The notes beneath the pieces were generated by a model. That model saw only the letters and a program-made list of their open reading frames with translations. It was not told where the DNA came from and did not search any database. Positions 53,050-64,000 of a stretch of DNA of 64,000 nt are shown piece by piece. Every line of letters begins with the position of its first letter. Positions within the stretch are counted from its first letter, which is position 1. The position numbers were made by a program, and so were the translations under genes. Source of the DNA: Lingula anatina (Eukaryota > Animalia > Brachiopoda); NCBI GenBank assembly GCA_051362555.1, contig CM120641.1:30820401-30884400 (forward strand). The letters run 5' to 3'.

Positions 53050-53310
53050 CATTAAACCACGGCTAGCGCGTAGAACAAAAGACTCGGCCGTGCTGTATTC
53101 GACATACAAGCACGTCATGTACGAGTGCGTTCCACGGTGTGTTGCACTACTAGTGTAGTAGCCAATCAGAGGCCGTGGTTTAAGCCAGATACAACACTCG
53201 TCGCCGAGCTGTACGTGAAAATTACTCGTGTATTGTCTCGCCTGCGGCTCGCCAATACACTCGTAATATTTCACGTACAGCTCGGCGACTCGTATTGTAT
53301 CTATCACTTA
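53050..53310. mobile_element. Hairpin-ended element fragment (Crypton-like?)
   Basis: Inverted pair TTAAACCACGGC/GCCGTGGTTTAA and a 116-nt hairpin at 53187-53302 with loop CTCGCCTGCGGCTCG. Confidence 0.45.
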
Positions 53311-53479
53311 AAATTTGAACTGCAAGGTGTGAAGCATTATCTGAACAACTTGTACAACTTGGCTTCCCATGTCTGAATTTTATCAAACAATGGCTTCCTC
53401 TGATTGAGTTAATACAACAACATGTATAAAAGTTTTAAAATTACTAATTACACTTTTTTCCATACTTTGGTTCCTGACA

Positions 53480-56400
53480 CTGTGTTTGTTTGTATTTATT
53501 TTGATTACTGTGTTTGTTGGTGTTGTTACTGTTGGTGTTTGTATTTATTGTGAGCACTGTGTATGTCAGTTTTACCAGTTTATTTATTTCTAGTCATTAT
53601 TTTAACTGTGCATGTTGATGTTGTCACTGTCATCATAGTTTATGTGTCTATTTAACTCTGATAACTGTTTCCATTCTATATTGTCATTGAATGTGTTTGT
53701 ATATATATTGTGTTCACTGTGTATGACTGTGTAATCACCCGATTAATTTGTGTTTGTTGTTGTTACTGTGCACGGTTGTGTTGTCACTGTACATATCAAA
53801 ATTTATTCTGATCACTGTGTATGTCTGTATTGTGACTGTGTTTGTTTGTATTAATTTTGATTAACGTTACTATTGTTACTGTACATGTTAATATTTATTT
53901 TGATCACTGTTTATGTCAGTTTGTCACTCTATTTGTTTGTAATCATTACTGTTACTGTGCATGATGGTTCTGTCACTGTATGTCTATCTGTCTGTTTATA
54001 TTCTGTTTCCTGTGTCTATTCTGTATTGTTACTGAATGTGTTTGTATATATATATTGTGATGACTGGGTACAACTTCATTTACACTCTTTTTCCTTGTGT
54101 TCATTCTCATTATGGTGAACAGTTAGTGTTTTATAAGATTTTGCCAATAGAGGGCTTTGTGTGAGAACTAATTGTGTTTGTACATATTGTGATGACTGTG
54201 TATGGGAATGTTTTCTTTCTTTTTTCTTGTAGTCTAGATGACTGGTGCAAAAATTGCTCAAAAGGTGGAATAAGCATGAAACTTGGCACAAATGTTCTTT
54301 GGACTATGCTGATCATTTTCAAGGGCAGTGCCCAAAATTTCAAAGCGTTGCTTAGCAACCGTTGCTAAGGAAGTGATTTACCTTAGTAACAATTAAGCTA
54401 ATTGGACCTTTCTTGTTCAGTTTAAATGATTTAAAAAGGCTTTTAATAATGTTTCAAACCATCAGAACTATCACTATACTATTTTAAGACATTAAAAACC
54501 CAAGTAAACCATTGCAACAGTTGCTAGGCAGCATATTACCCTAGCAACAAGTATTTAACATGCTGAATTAGCCCAGAAAGTTAGTGTTAAGGTTGATTTT
54601 TTGTTGAGTCCCTCTAGACAGAGGGGAGTTCAAATGTCATTAATAATATCATTGATGTAAAAAAAAACAAAAACATTTTACACCATCTTTTATGGAAAAT
54701 AGTTTTTTTAATTTTTTTCAATTTTTGAGTTTTGACATAATGGTTGTGATAAGATTTCATCTGGGGTTAAATTGAAATTTTCCTGAATTTCACTCAAAGA
54801 ACCAATAATGTTTGCCAAAAGGGATAAGAAGTTGCTTTTAGTATTTTTAATCCACCTTTTGTTACTACCGATTCCTGACATTTTGCCAAGAAAAACGCTC
54901 TCCACTTACTCTTATTTTCTTCATAAAGAAGTCTTTTAAGCCATGCAAAGTTTAGGGCCTTGGTAAAATTTTTATTTGCTGTACCTTTTTCCGTCCATTT
55001 TTGTAATCAGACGCCATCCTTGCTCATTTTATTTTGTATCTTTTTCCATTCCTGATAAAGTTAAATATGATATGCATATTTTAAGTATTGAGGGAGGGGG
55101 GGCTGGTAGGAGAGTTTATACATGCCCTACGTAAGATGAGAAATACTAAAGGTTTAACCACTGTTGACTTTCCTATTATTGAAAGGTTTCTCAGAGACCA
55201 GATTTCCAAGATATTTTTCATTTTGTTCAATATTTTCTAAAAAGTTTTTTTCACATTGTATTTTGTCAGTTCAGCATGGCTCTATTTTAATTCTATTTGT
55301 TAATCAATAAAGTTCAAAAGTTTCTGTTCACACCCAAAGGCCGTTAGATGCCATATCTTACTTCCACCAAGGCTGCTCTACATCAATATAAGAGTATTCT
55401 TGCGAGATGAACATATCTGAATCAGCACTACGGTGCCATGTCATCAGATACCATGTGCTCACTCTGGTTGGACTTATGCAGAACAGTGGGCCTAAGTGGA
55501 CACATTTGCCAAAAGCTATTGACCTGTCCAGAGTTGCTCCAGTGTGCATGTAGGTGCAGATGTAGAGGCTGACAATGTGCAAGGGCAAAATGCACTGTAT
55601 ATTGCACATACAAGGGAGAATTAACTATTATTATTATTATTATTAACTATTGCAAAGTTTTGTAAAGAGTCGTAAGGTGATAAAAGCATGGAAATGGCTG
55701 GTTACTAATTTTGAACATGCTGCCTTAAATTTCTGCACTGGCAATTTATTTGATCGGATGTGTGTTATCACACAATTGGTTCAACTTACTGGATTAAAAG
55801 TATGAACATCTTGCTCAAAAGTGTAGTTCTTAGCTAGTATTATAGATTTGCCTTACTTAATAGACTAACGCAACTTTAAATGCTTGTTGCTAGGGTAATA
55901 TGCTGCCTAGCAATCGTGGCTAAGGTTAATTTGGGTTTTAATTGCCTTAAAATAGTCTAGTGATAGTTCTGATGCCCTGAAACATAGTTATTAGCATTTA
56001 TAAACTTTTTAAACTGGACAAGAAAGGTCTAATTAGCTTGTTACTAAGGAAATTCACTTCCATAGCAACGGTTGCTAAGCAACGCTTGGAAATTTTGGGC
56101 ACTGCCCTTAAAAATGATTAGCATAGACCAAAGAACAATTGTGCCAAGTTTCATGCTTTTTCCACATTTTGAGCAATTTGGCCAAAATATAGCACCAGTC
56201 ATCCAGACTAGTGTTCATTGTCATTAGGGTGAACGTTACTGTTGTCACTGTAATCGTCAAAATTTATTCTGATCACTGTGTATGACTGTATTGTGACTGT
56301 GTTTCTTTCTATTTATTTTGATTACTGTGTTTGTTGGTGTTGTTACTGTTGTTGTTTGTATTTATTGTGAGCACTGTATATGTCAGTTTTGTTACTCTAT

Positions 56401-59400
56401 TTGTAAGTAATCATAACTATTACTCTGCATGATGGTTTCATATGTGATGACTGTGTATGACTTCATTTTCTTTTTTTCTTTTTCCTTGTGTTTATTCTCA
56501 TGGTAAACGTTACTGTTGTCACTGATAATTTTTTTTCTAATCACTGTGTATATCTGTATTTTGACTGTGCTTGTTTTTATTTATTTTGATTACGGTGCAT
56601 GTTTGCATGTTGTCACTGTTCGTGTTTGTATTTATTATGAGCACTGTGTCTGTTAGTTTTGTCACTCTATTTGTTTATAATCATTACTATTACTCTTCAT
56701 GATGATGTTTTTCACTATATATCTATGTGTCTGTTTATATTCTGTTTGCTGTGTCTATTTTGTCCTGTTACTGAATGTGTTAGTATATATTGTGATGACT
56801 GTGTACAGCTATGTTTTTTACTCTTTTACTTGTGTTCAACATCATTAATGTGCATGTTACTGTTGTCACTGTACATGTGAATTTTTTTCTAATCACTGCG
56901 CATGCGTATGTCTGTTTTGTGACTGTGTTAGTTTGAATTTATTTTGATTACTGTGCATTTTAGTGTTGGCCCTGTTTGTGTTTGTATTTATTGTCAGCAA
57001 TGTGGATGTCAGTTTTGTCAGTTTATTTATTTCTAGTCATTATTTTAACTGTGCATGTTGGTGTTATCACTGTCATCATAGTTTATGTGCCTGTTTATAC
57101 TCTGATAACTGTTTCCATTTTGTATTGTCATTGAATGTGTTTGTATATATATTGTGATCACTGTGTATGACTATGTAATCACCCGATTAATATGTGTTTA
57201 TTCTTGTTACTGTGCATGGTTGTGTTGTCAATGTACATGTCAAAATATATTCTGATCACTGTCTTGGTCTGTATTGTGACTGTGTTTGTTTTTATTTATT
57301 TTGATTATTGTGGATGTTACTATTGTCACTGTACATGTTATTATTTATTTTGACCACTGTATATGTCAATTTGTTTATGTTGATGTTTGTATTTATTGTG
57401 AGCACTGTGTATGTCAGTTTTTTTTTTATTCTATTTGTTTGTAATCATTACCATTTCTCTGCATGATGGTGTTGTCACTGTATCCCTGTGTGTTTGTTTG
57501 TCTTATGTATCTCTATGTGCCTGTTTATTTTCTGTCTCCTGTGTCTATTATGAATGTGTTCATATATTTATTGTGATGACTTTTTACGGCTATGTTTTCA
57601 CTCTTTTTCCTTTTGTTCATTCTCATTGCGGTGCAAGCTACTATTATCACTGTAATATTTATGTCTCCTCGTTAACAGCATATTTACAAAAATTGTGTAT
57701 TCATATTGTCATTTTCATCCACACAAGTGGATGCATATGTTACAGTGAAATAAACTAACCTAAACTGAACTTAAACATTAACCCAAGCCAAAGGATAAGT
57801 AAATGACAAACAAAGATATATAGTGTTCGAAATTTGGCCGGTAGCAGACGCTTTTATTGAAAGGTCCCTCTATTAAAGAATGGTGTTAAATATTATATAG
57901 CATTAAATAATGTAAATTAGTTTAAATTACTTAATGTTATCTCTAAAAAATAAATATCAAAACAAATAGTGCAAATATTTTCATTTGTGGGGTTGCAAAG
58001 AGGCCAACAATTGCAACCAGAAAAAAAAAAGTGGAAAATAAAAACCAAATTAGCATAAGCCGAAATAATGCAAGCCAAAATACATTCATGTTATAATGCA
58101 TGTATATATATACAAACAAAAGCCAAATGAGTTATGTGCCAAAATTATACAGCCGAAAAGAAGTCGAAAGATAGTTGAATGTGAACCAAATATATAAAAA
58201 CAACATGAGCCTAAATAAATATCTTGCCGAAATTAGGATAAGGATGCTAGTAGGCTGACAACGTGAAACAAATAAATGTGCCTGACTTAGCCAGTGAATT
58301 ATTTAAGATTATTCAGAATTTAGTTAGAAAAGAAAAAGGTGGATGGCAGATAAGTTGTGGCATGTTACCCAACCCTAACTCCTGTGTTTGTTGGTGTTAT
58401 TACTGTTGATGTTTGTATTTATTGTGAGCACTGTGTATTGTTACTGAATGTGTTTGTATATATATATTGTGATGACTGTGTATGACTTTGTTTTCACTCT
58501 TTTTCCTTGTGTTTATTCTCATTATGGTGAACGTAACTGTTGTCACTGTACATGTGAAATATTTTTCTAATCACTGTGTATGTCTGTTTTGTGACTGCGT
58601 TTGTTTTTATTTATCTTGATTACTGTGTTTGTTGGTGATGTTACTGTTCGTGTTTGTATTTATTGTGAGTACTCTGTATGTCAGTTTTGTCACTCTATTT
58701 GTTTGTAATCATTACTATTACTGTGCATAATGGTGTTGTCACTGTAGGTCTATGTGTCGGTTTATATTCTGTTTCCTGTGTCTATTATGTGTTAATACTG
58801 AATGTGTTTGTACATTATGAGATGACTGTGTACATCTTCATTTTCACTCTGTTTCATTGTGTTCATTCTCATTACGGTATATGTTACTGTTGTCACTGTA
58901 CAAGTGAAATTTGTTTCTAATTACTGTGATTGTCTGTATTTTTACTGTGTTTGTTTTTATTTATTTTGGTTACTGTGCATATTTGTGTTGTCACTGTTCA
59001 TGTTTGTATTTATTGTGAGCACTGTGTATGTCAGTTTTGTCACTCTATTTGTTTGTAATCATTACTATTACTCTGCATGAATGTGTATATATCCCGGTGT
59101 GTTTGTTTATCTTATGTATCTCTATGTGCCTGTTTATATTCTGTCTCCTGTGTCTGTTATGTATTGTTACTGAATGTGTTCATATATTTATTGTGATGAC
59201 TTTTTACGGCTATGTTTTCACTATTTTTCCTTTTCTTCATTCTCATTGCGGTGCAAGCTACTATTATCACTGTACATCTTAATATTTATTTTGATCACTG
59301 TGTATGTCAGTTTGGCACTTGGTTTGTAATCATTACTATTACTGTGCATGGTGGTGTTGTTACTATATGCCTGAATGTTTGTTTATCTTATGTTTGCTTT

Positions 59401-61242
59401 GTCTATTCTGTATTGTTACTGAATGTGTTTGTATATATTGTGATGACTGTGTACTGCTATGTTTTCAATCTTTTTCCTTTTCTTCTTTCTTTTTATGATG
59501 TACGTTACTGTTGTCACTGTACATGTGAAAATTTTTTCTGATCACTGTGTATGTCTGTATTTTGACTGTGTTTGTTTGTATTTAATTTGATTACTGTGCA
59601 TGTTTGTGTTGTCACTGTTCATGTTTGTATTTATTATGAGCACTGTGTCTGTTAGTTTTGTCACTCTATTTGTTTGTAATCATTATTATTACTCTGCATG
59701 ATGATGTTGTTCACTATTTATCTATGTGTTTGTTTATATTCTGTTTGCTGTGTCTATTTTATTTTGTTACTGAATGTGTTTGTATATATTGTGATGACTG
59801 TACAGCTATGATTTTTACTATTTTACTTGTGTTTAACATCATTATGGTGCACGTTACTGTTGTTACTGTACATGTGAAATATTTTTCTAATCACTGTGTA
59901 TGTCTGTTTTGTGACTGTGTTTGTTTGTATTTATTTTGATTACTCTGTTTGTTTGTGTTGTCACTGTTTGTGTTTGTATTTATTGTGAGCACTGTGTATG
60001 TCAGTTTTGTCACTCTATTTGTTTGTAGTCATTTTGCTTATGTTTATTTATTTCTAGTCATTATTTTAACTGTTAATGTTGGTGTTGTCACTGTCATCAT
60101 AGTTTATGTGTCTGTTTATACTTTGATAACTGTTTCCATTCTGTATTGTCTTTGAATGTTTTTGTATATATAAATTGTGATCACTGTGGATGACTGTGTA
60201 ATCACCCGATTAATTTGTGTTCATTCCTGTTACTGTATATGGTTGTGTTGTCACTGTACATGTCAAAATTTATTCTGATCACTGTGTATGTCAGTTTGTC
60301 ACTTTATTTGTAATCATTACTATCTTAATTGTAGTTTTATTTTGATCATTGTGTGTGCTTGTGTTGTTACTTTTTGTGTCTTTATTTAATTCTGATCAAT
60401 GTTTAAGTCTGTTTGTCCTACTATTTCTTTATAATCATTACTGTGCATGTTTGTTTTGTCAGTGTTTGTATTTATTGTGAGCAATGTGTATGTCAATCAT
60501 TGTTATCATTACTATTACTCTGCATGATGGTGATGTCACTGTATGTCTATGTGTCTGTTTATATTCTGTTTGCTGTGTTTATTCGGTATTGTTACTAAAT
60601 GTGTTTGAAGATATTGAGATGACTGTATACGACTTTGTTTTCACTCTTTTACCTTGTGTTTATTGTCATTATGGTGAATGTTACTGTACATGTGAAACTT
60701 TTTCACTCTTTTTCCTTGTGTTCATTCTCATTATGGTGTATGTTATTGTTTCCCTGTACATGTGAATTTTTTTCTAATCACTGTGTATGTCTGTTTTGTG
60801 ACTGTGTTTGTTTGTATTTATTTTGATTACTGTGTTTGTTGGTGTTATTACTGTTGATGTTTGTATTTATTGTGAGCACTGGGTATGTCAGTTTTGTTAC
60901 TCTATTTGTTTGTAATCATTACTATTACTCTGCATGATGGTGTTGTCACTGTATGTCTATGTGTCTGTTTATATTCTGTTTGCTGTGTCTATTGTGTATT
61001 GTTACTGAATGTGTTTGTATATATTGTGATGACTGTGTATGACTTTGTTTTCACTCTTTTTCCTTGTGTTTATTCTCATCAGAGTAAAAGTTACTGTTGT
61101 CACTGTACATGTGAAAATTTTTTCTAATCACTGTGTATGGCTGTGTTTTGTGACTGCGTTTGTTTTTATTTATCTTGATTACTGTTTGTTGGTGATGTTA
61201 CTGTTCGTGTTTGTATTTATTGTGAGTACTCTGTATGTCAGT
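53480..61242 (+). repeat. ~350-bp satellite array (TG-rich orientation), interrupted at 54230-56210 and ~57655-58380
   Basis: Landmark TGAGYACTSTGTATGTCAG spaced ~350 bp apart (58666/59016, 59637/59986, 60873/61223). Confidence 0.9.
54230..56210 (+). mobile_element. Academ deletion derivative with transposase C-terminal remnant
   Basis: TIRs TAGTCTAGATGACTGGTGC / GCACCAGTCATCCAGACTA and ~340 bp of inverted similarity. Plus-strand broken frames at 55300-55620 read INKVQKFLFTPKGR..TKAALHQ..PKWTHLPKA..CPELLQCAC..C..C, like Academ transposase C-termini. Confidence 0.75.
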
Positions 61243-61264
61243 TGTACATACAGTTGTACATACA

Positions 61265-63220
61265 GGTATAGCCATCACCTGCATATGTCGTCGCCATCGT
61301 TGCCGTGCACTTTTACCAATAACACGATAAGTGGAAAACCATTTTACTTTTTGGCTTGAAACTTACAAAACTGATGAATATTCATAATCTGCAGGTCAAG
61401 TTTGAAAATCAGCATCATCGGGTCATTTTTAGGGAACTTATGCTGTTTTTTCACTTATTTTAGCATATATGCAACACCGATAACACGATAAGTGAAATAC
61501 CATTTTACCTTTTGGCTTGAAACTTACAGAACTGATGAATATTCATAATATGCAGGTCAAGTTAGAAAATCAGCATGATCGTGCCATTTTTAGGGAGTGA
61601 TCAGTCTGACTAGTATACAGATCAAGTTTGAAAATAAGCTTGATCAGTTAAAAAATAAGTTTTGATGAAGTTATTAGCCTTTTTGTATATAGGTGGTTTT
61701 TCTTCAGATTTAATTCTTAGGCATGTTAACAGTCTCATTATGGAACTAGTTAGATATGTAAAAGTGTTGTTTTGACATTTTCTGCTTCTTAACAATATTG
61801 TTAGTTGATGATGGTAAACCTATTATCGTGCATTGTGTAATAAAGTATCAAAAATGGAAGGGAACTCATCATGGCAGTTCGTCAGATTCAATCATTCACT
61901 ATGTTCAGAATCTCTGAATGGAGCAAATTGGACATTTAAAATTGTTCTACTGATATTTTTCCTATGTCAACAATTTTCCTAGTTGATCATTTAAAAATGA
62001 CAGTAAATTGATTATTTTGTTTTATGTAAAAAAGGTGTTGAAAATGGAAAGAAAATCATTTCAGTACAGTTATCTCTTTTTTACATTTTGGCATTTTGAA
62101 AGTGTGACTCTGAACTTCCATAACCTTGGAGACCTTTCCCTATCACATTTTCTGAATATCCATGATACTTTTATTTTTTTATAAAAAAATTGATGGTCAT
62201 TATGCTGTTATGTATTATGTTATATTGCATGAAAGTTGAAGAAAACCCTATTTTGAACACTGCTGCCAGGATTAAGGGAAAACCATGTTACTAATGATAC
62301 TCAAACTTACTGAAAAGTTTCATAAGACTGAAGTGCAGCTTGTGTCGGAAAACCAGTGTGATTGTTTTCTGTTTTGGAAGCAATGCAGTTCTATAGAGTG
62401 CTATATGGTGCAATAAATGTATATGGATAGCAGGCAGTATGTTAATTCAGGGTTATAAAGTAATTTGCTTAATTAATTTTCATGTTATTTCAGGGTTATA
62501 AAGTAATTTGCTTAATTAATTTTCAAGTGGCCATTAAATGAGATTACATAAAACACACATTGAGATTTCATTGTAAAGTCCCATAGGTTTAGCTCTCTGA
62601 ACTGTGTCACATAATTAGGAATCGATGATTAATATGCAGGTAAATGTTATTTAATATTGAAAATGATTTTACAAAAGAAAAAATTTGTGTAATGCTTACA
62701 TTAATGCTAAAGATGAATAACAGTGCATTATTATTCTCAAACTCAATAGGGTTATTCATATCATGTTAGTAATTATACAGCTAGATTACAATTTGAATAG
62801 CAGCTTTATTGGAATTTTTTGTTATGTTTTATTTTACATTTTCTTTTAATTATTTTTCAAACACTAGTATCTTCAGGATGTCACTTTCAACTCCCATCCA
62901 CCAGAAGTGCTGTGCATTTTCTGTTTTTCCACATTAGCAGTTGTGTTGGTTTTTATGTCTTTAAACATTGTGTAATATTATTTTATGCACTGTCATCATT
63001 TTTCACATATTGGGATTTTCATTATGTGAATTTGAACTCTCACATATGGTCCTGAAACTGTAAACTTATTGACCATGTTATTCTGTTGTACATTTTTTTG
63101 AAATTTTTATCTTTCACTTTCTGGCATTTTCAGTGTGGGACTTATAACTACCAAGGGCATGTAACAGTTCACTTTTATTGATACTTCCTGTTGTGCAATA
63201 TTTTGCAACTTAACTTTGCA
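61265..63220 (+). mobile_element. Second, more diverged HINE/pearl-like copy
   Basis: TATAGCCATCACCTGC..GTCGCC.., ~160-bp core repeats and an internal region collinear with 31372-34500. Confidence 0.8.
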
Positions 63221-63481
63221 GTTAAAGGGATAATAACGGTTCTTTTTGGCAAATAATTAATTCTTTTTCTAAAAAGTTTTTTTTTTGTTATAATCTCTTA
63301 AGAAATTATTACAAAGTATAGCCATCTATGGAGGTCACATGGTCTGATGACAAGTTCAGATATCAGAATAATAGCTATGACTGCCCTTTTTGTGGTAAAA
63401 CAAAATATATATTATATTTCTATGAGTTGTTTACACTGTTTAAACTCAAATTGGATGATTCATATCATGGTAATACAGCTA

Positions 63482-64000
63482 CCCAGCGAACAAATTATGT
63501 TGTTTTAACGTTGAAACAACGTTGAACCATAACGTTGAGAAGACATTGGATAAACGTTGGATTTGAAAGTTGTGTCAACCTCAGATAACAACGTTATCAA
63601 CATCAGAAAACAATGTTATATCAACCCCACCCAGCGGGAAATTTGCCTGGATGTGTTAAGCAGTAGGACATGTTTGATGGCTAAATATATGTAGGGTTTA
63701 AATGTATGGCCTTTAAGTTAAAATTTCCAAGGTTTAGATTACTATATATAAATCTTTTCTTAAATATATATATATATATAACAAGGTCACAGTCACCTCA
63801 ACCTGTCTAACTATAACAGGTTACCAAGAACTGTTAACGCCATCACATTTACAGCAACTTATTCATCCTAGTGTTAGCTGACCTTGCAAGGAATTCAATT
63901 TATTGGAATGTATTTCTGAATAACAAGTTAAGAAAATTCACTAGTTAACTAAAGACACAAAACAACTGTCACTTTTACTTTAAAACCCTTTTGTTATTAT
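63482..64000 (-). mobile_element. CACTA-like MITE of the 22110-22950 family, reverse orientation, runs off the window
   Basis: CCCAGCGAACAAATTATGTTG... is the reverse complement of 22950 back to ~22370. Confidence 0.85.

Larger units (their letters stand above)
50184..53479 (-). mobile_element. Solo LTR-like element (TGT..ACA, 4-bp TSD CTGT) carrying nested insertions
   Basis: GA-CTGT|TGTGGGG...CCTGACA|CTGT-GTTT, with satellite in register on both sides. About 0.9 kb after removing the 50202-52613 insertion. Confidence 0.65.

Noticed and set aside
56659-61359. Many hydrophobic Cys/Val/Ile-rich ORFs resembling membrane proteins (also at 42343-43479 and 49057-50310)
   Set aside because: Translations of the TG-rich satellite; frames are not conserved between monomers.

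Overview
Animal (probably marine invertebrate; inferred from repeat families, not proven) genomic DNA made almost entirely of nested mobile elements and satellite. No host gene, rRNA, tRNA or CRISPR array is supported. From left to right: (1) the right end of an Academ-like element. (2) A decayed Polinton/Maverick (adintovirus-like) fragment: an intact-looking single-BIR (IAP-like) ORF head-to-head with a pseudogenised C2H2-zinc-finger/protein-primed PolB, separated by a CCAAT-rich tandem repeat. (3) A 13.3-kb segment bounded by 159-bp TGT..ACA inverted repeats. It contains a Ginger2/KRBA2-type DDE integrase fused to an OTU protease domain and a 2.27-kb foldback element with a 4-bp TSD. (4) A self-nested CACTA-like MITE hosting a tandem BEL/Pao retrotransposon (LTR-int-LTR-int-LTR) whose shared middle LTR is split by a Helentron-type (HINE/pearl-like) element. 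(5) A ~350-bp-unit satellite that switches orientation and carries several insertions: a 5.6-kb TIR element, a solo LTR with a nested CACTA-like element and an unusual hairpin, an Academ deletion derivative and a second HINE. All family assignments come from motif recognition by eye, without database searches.
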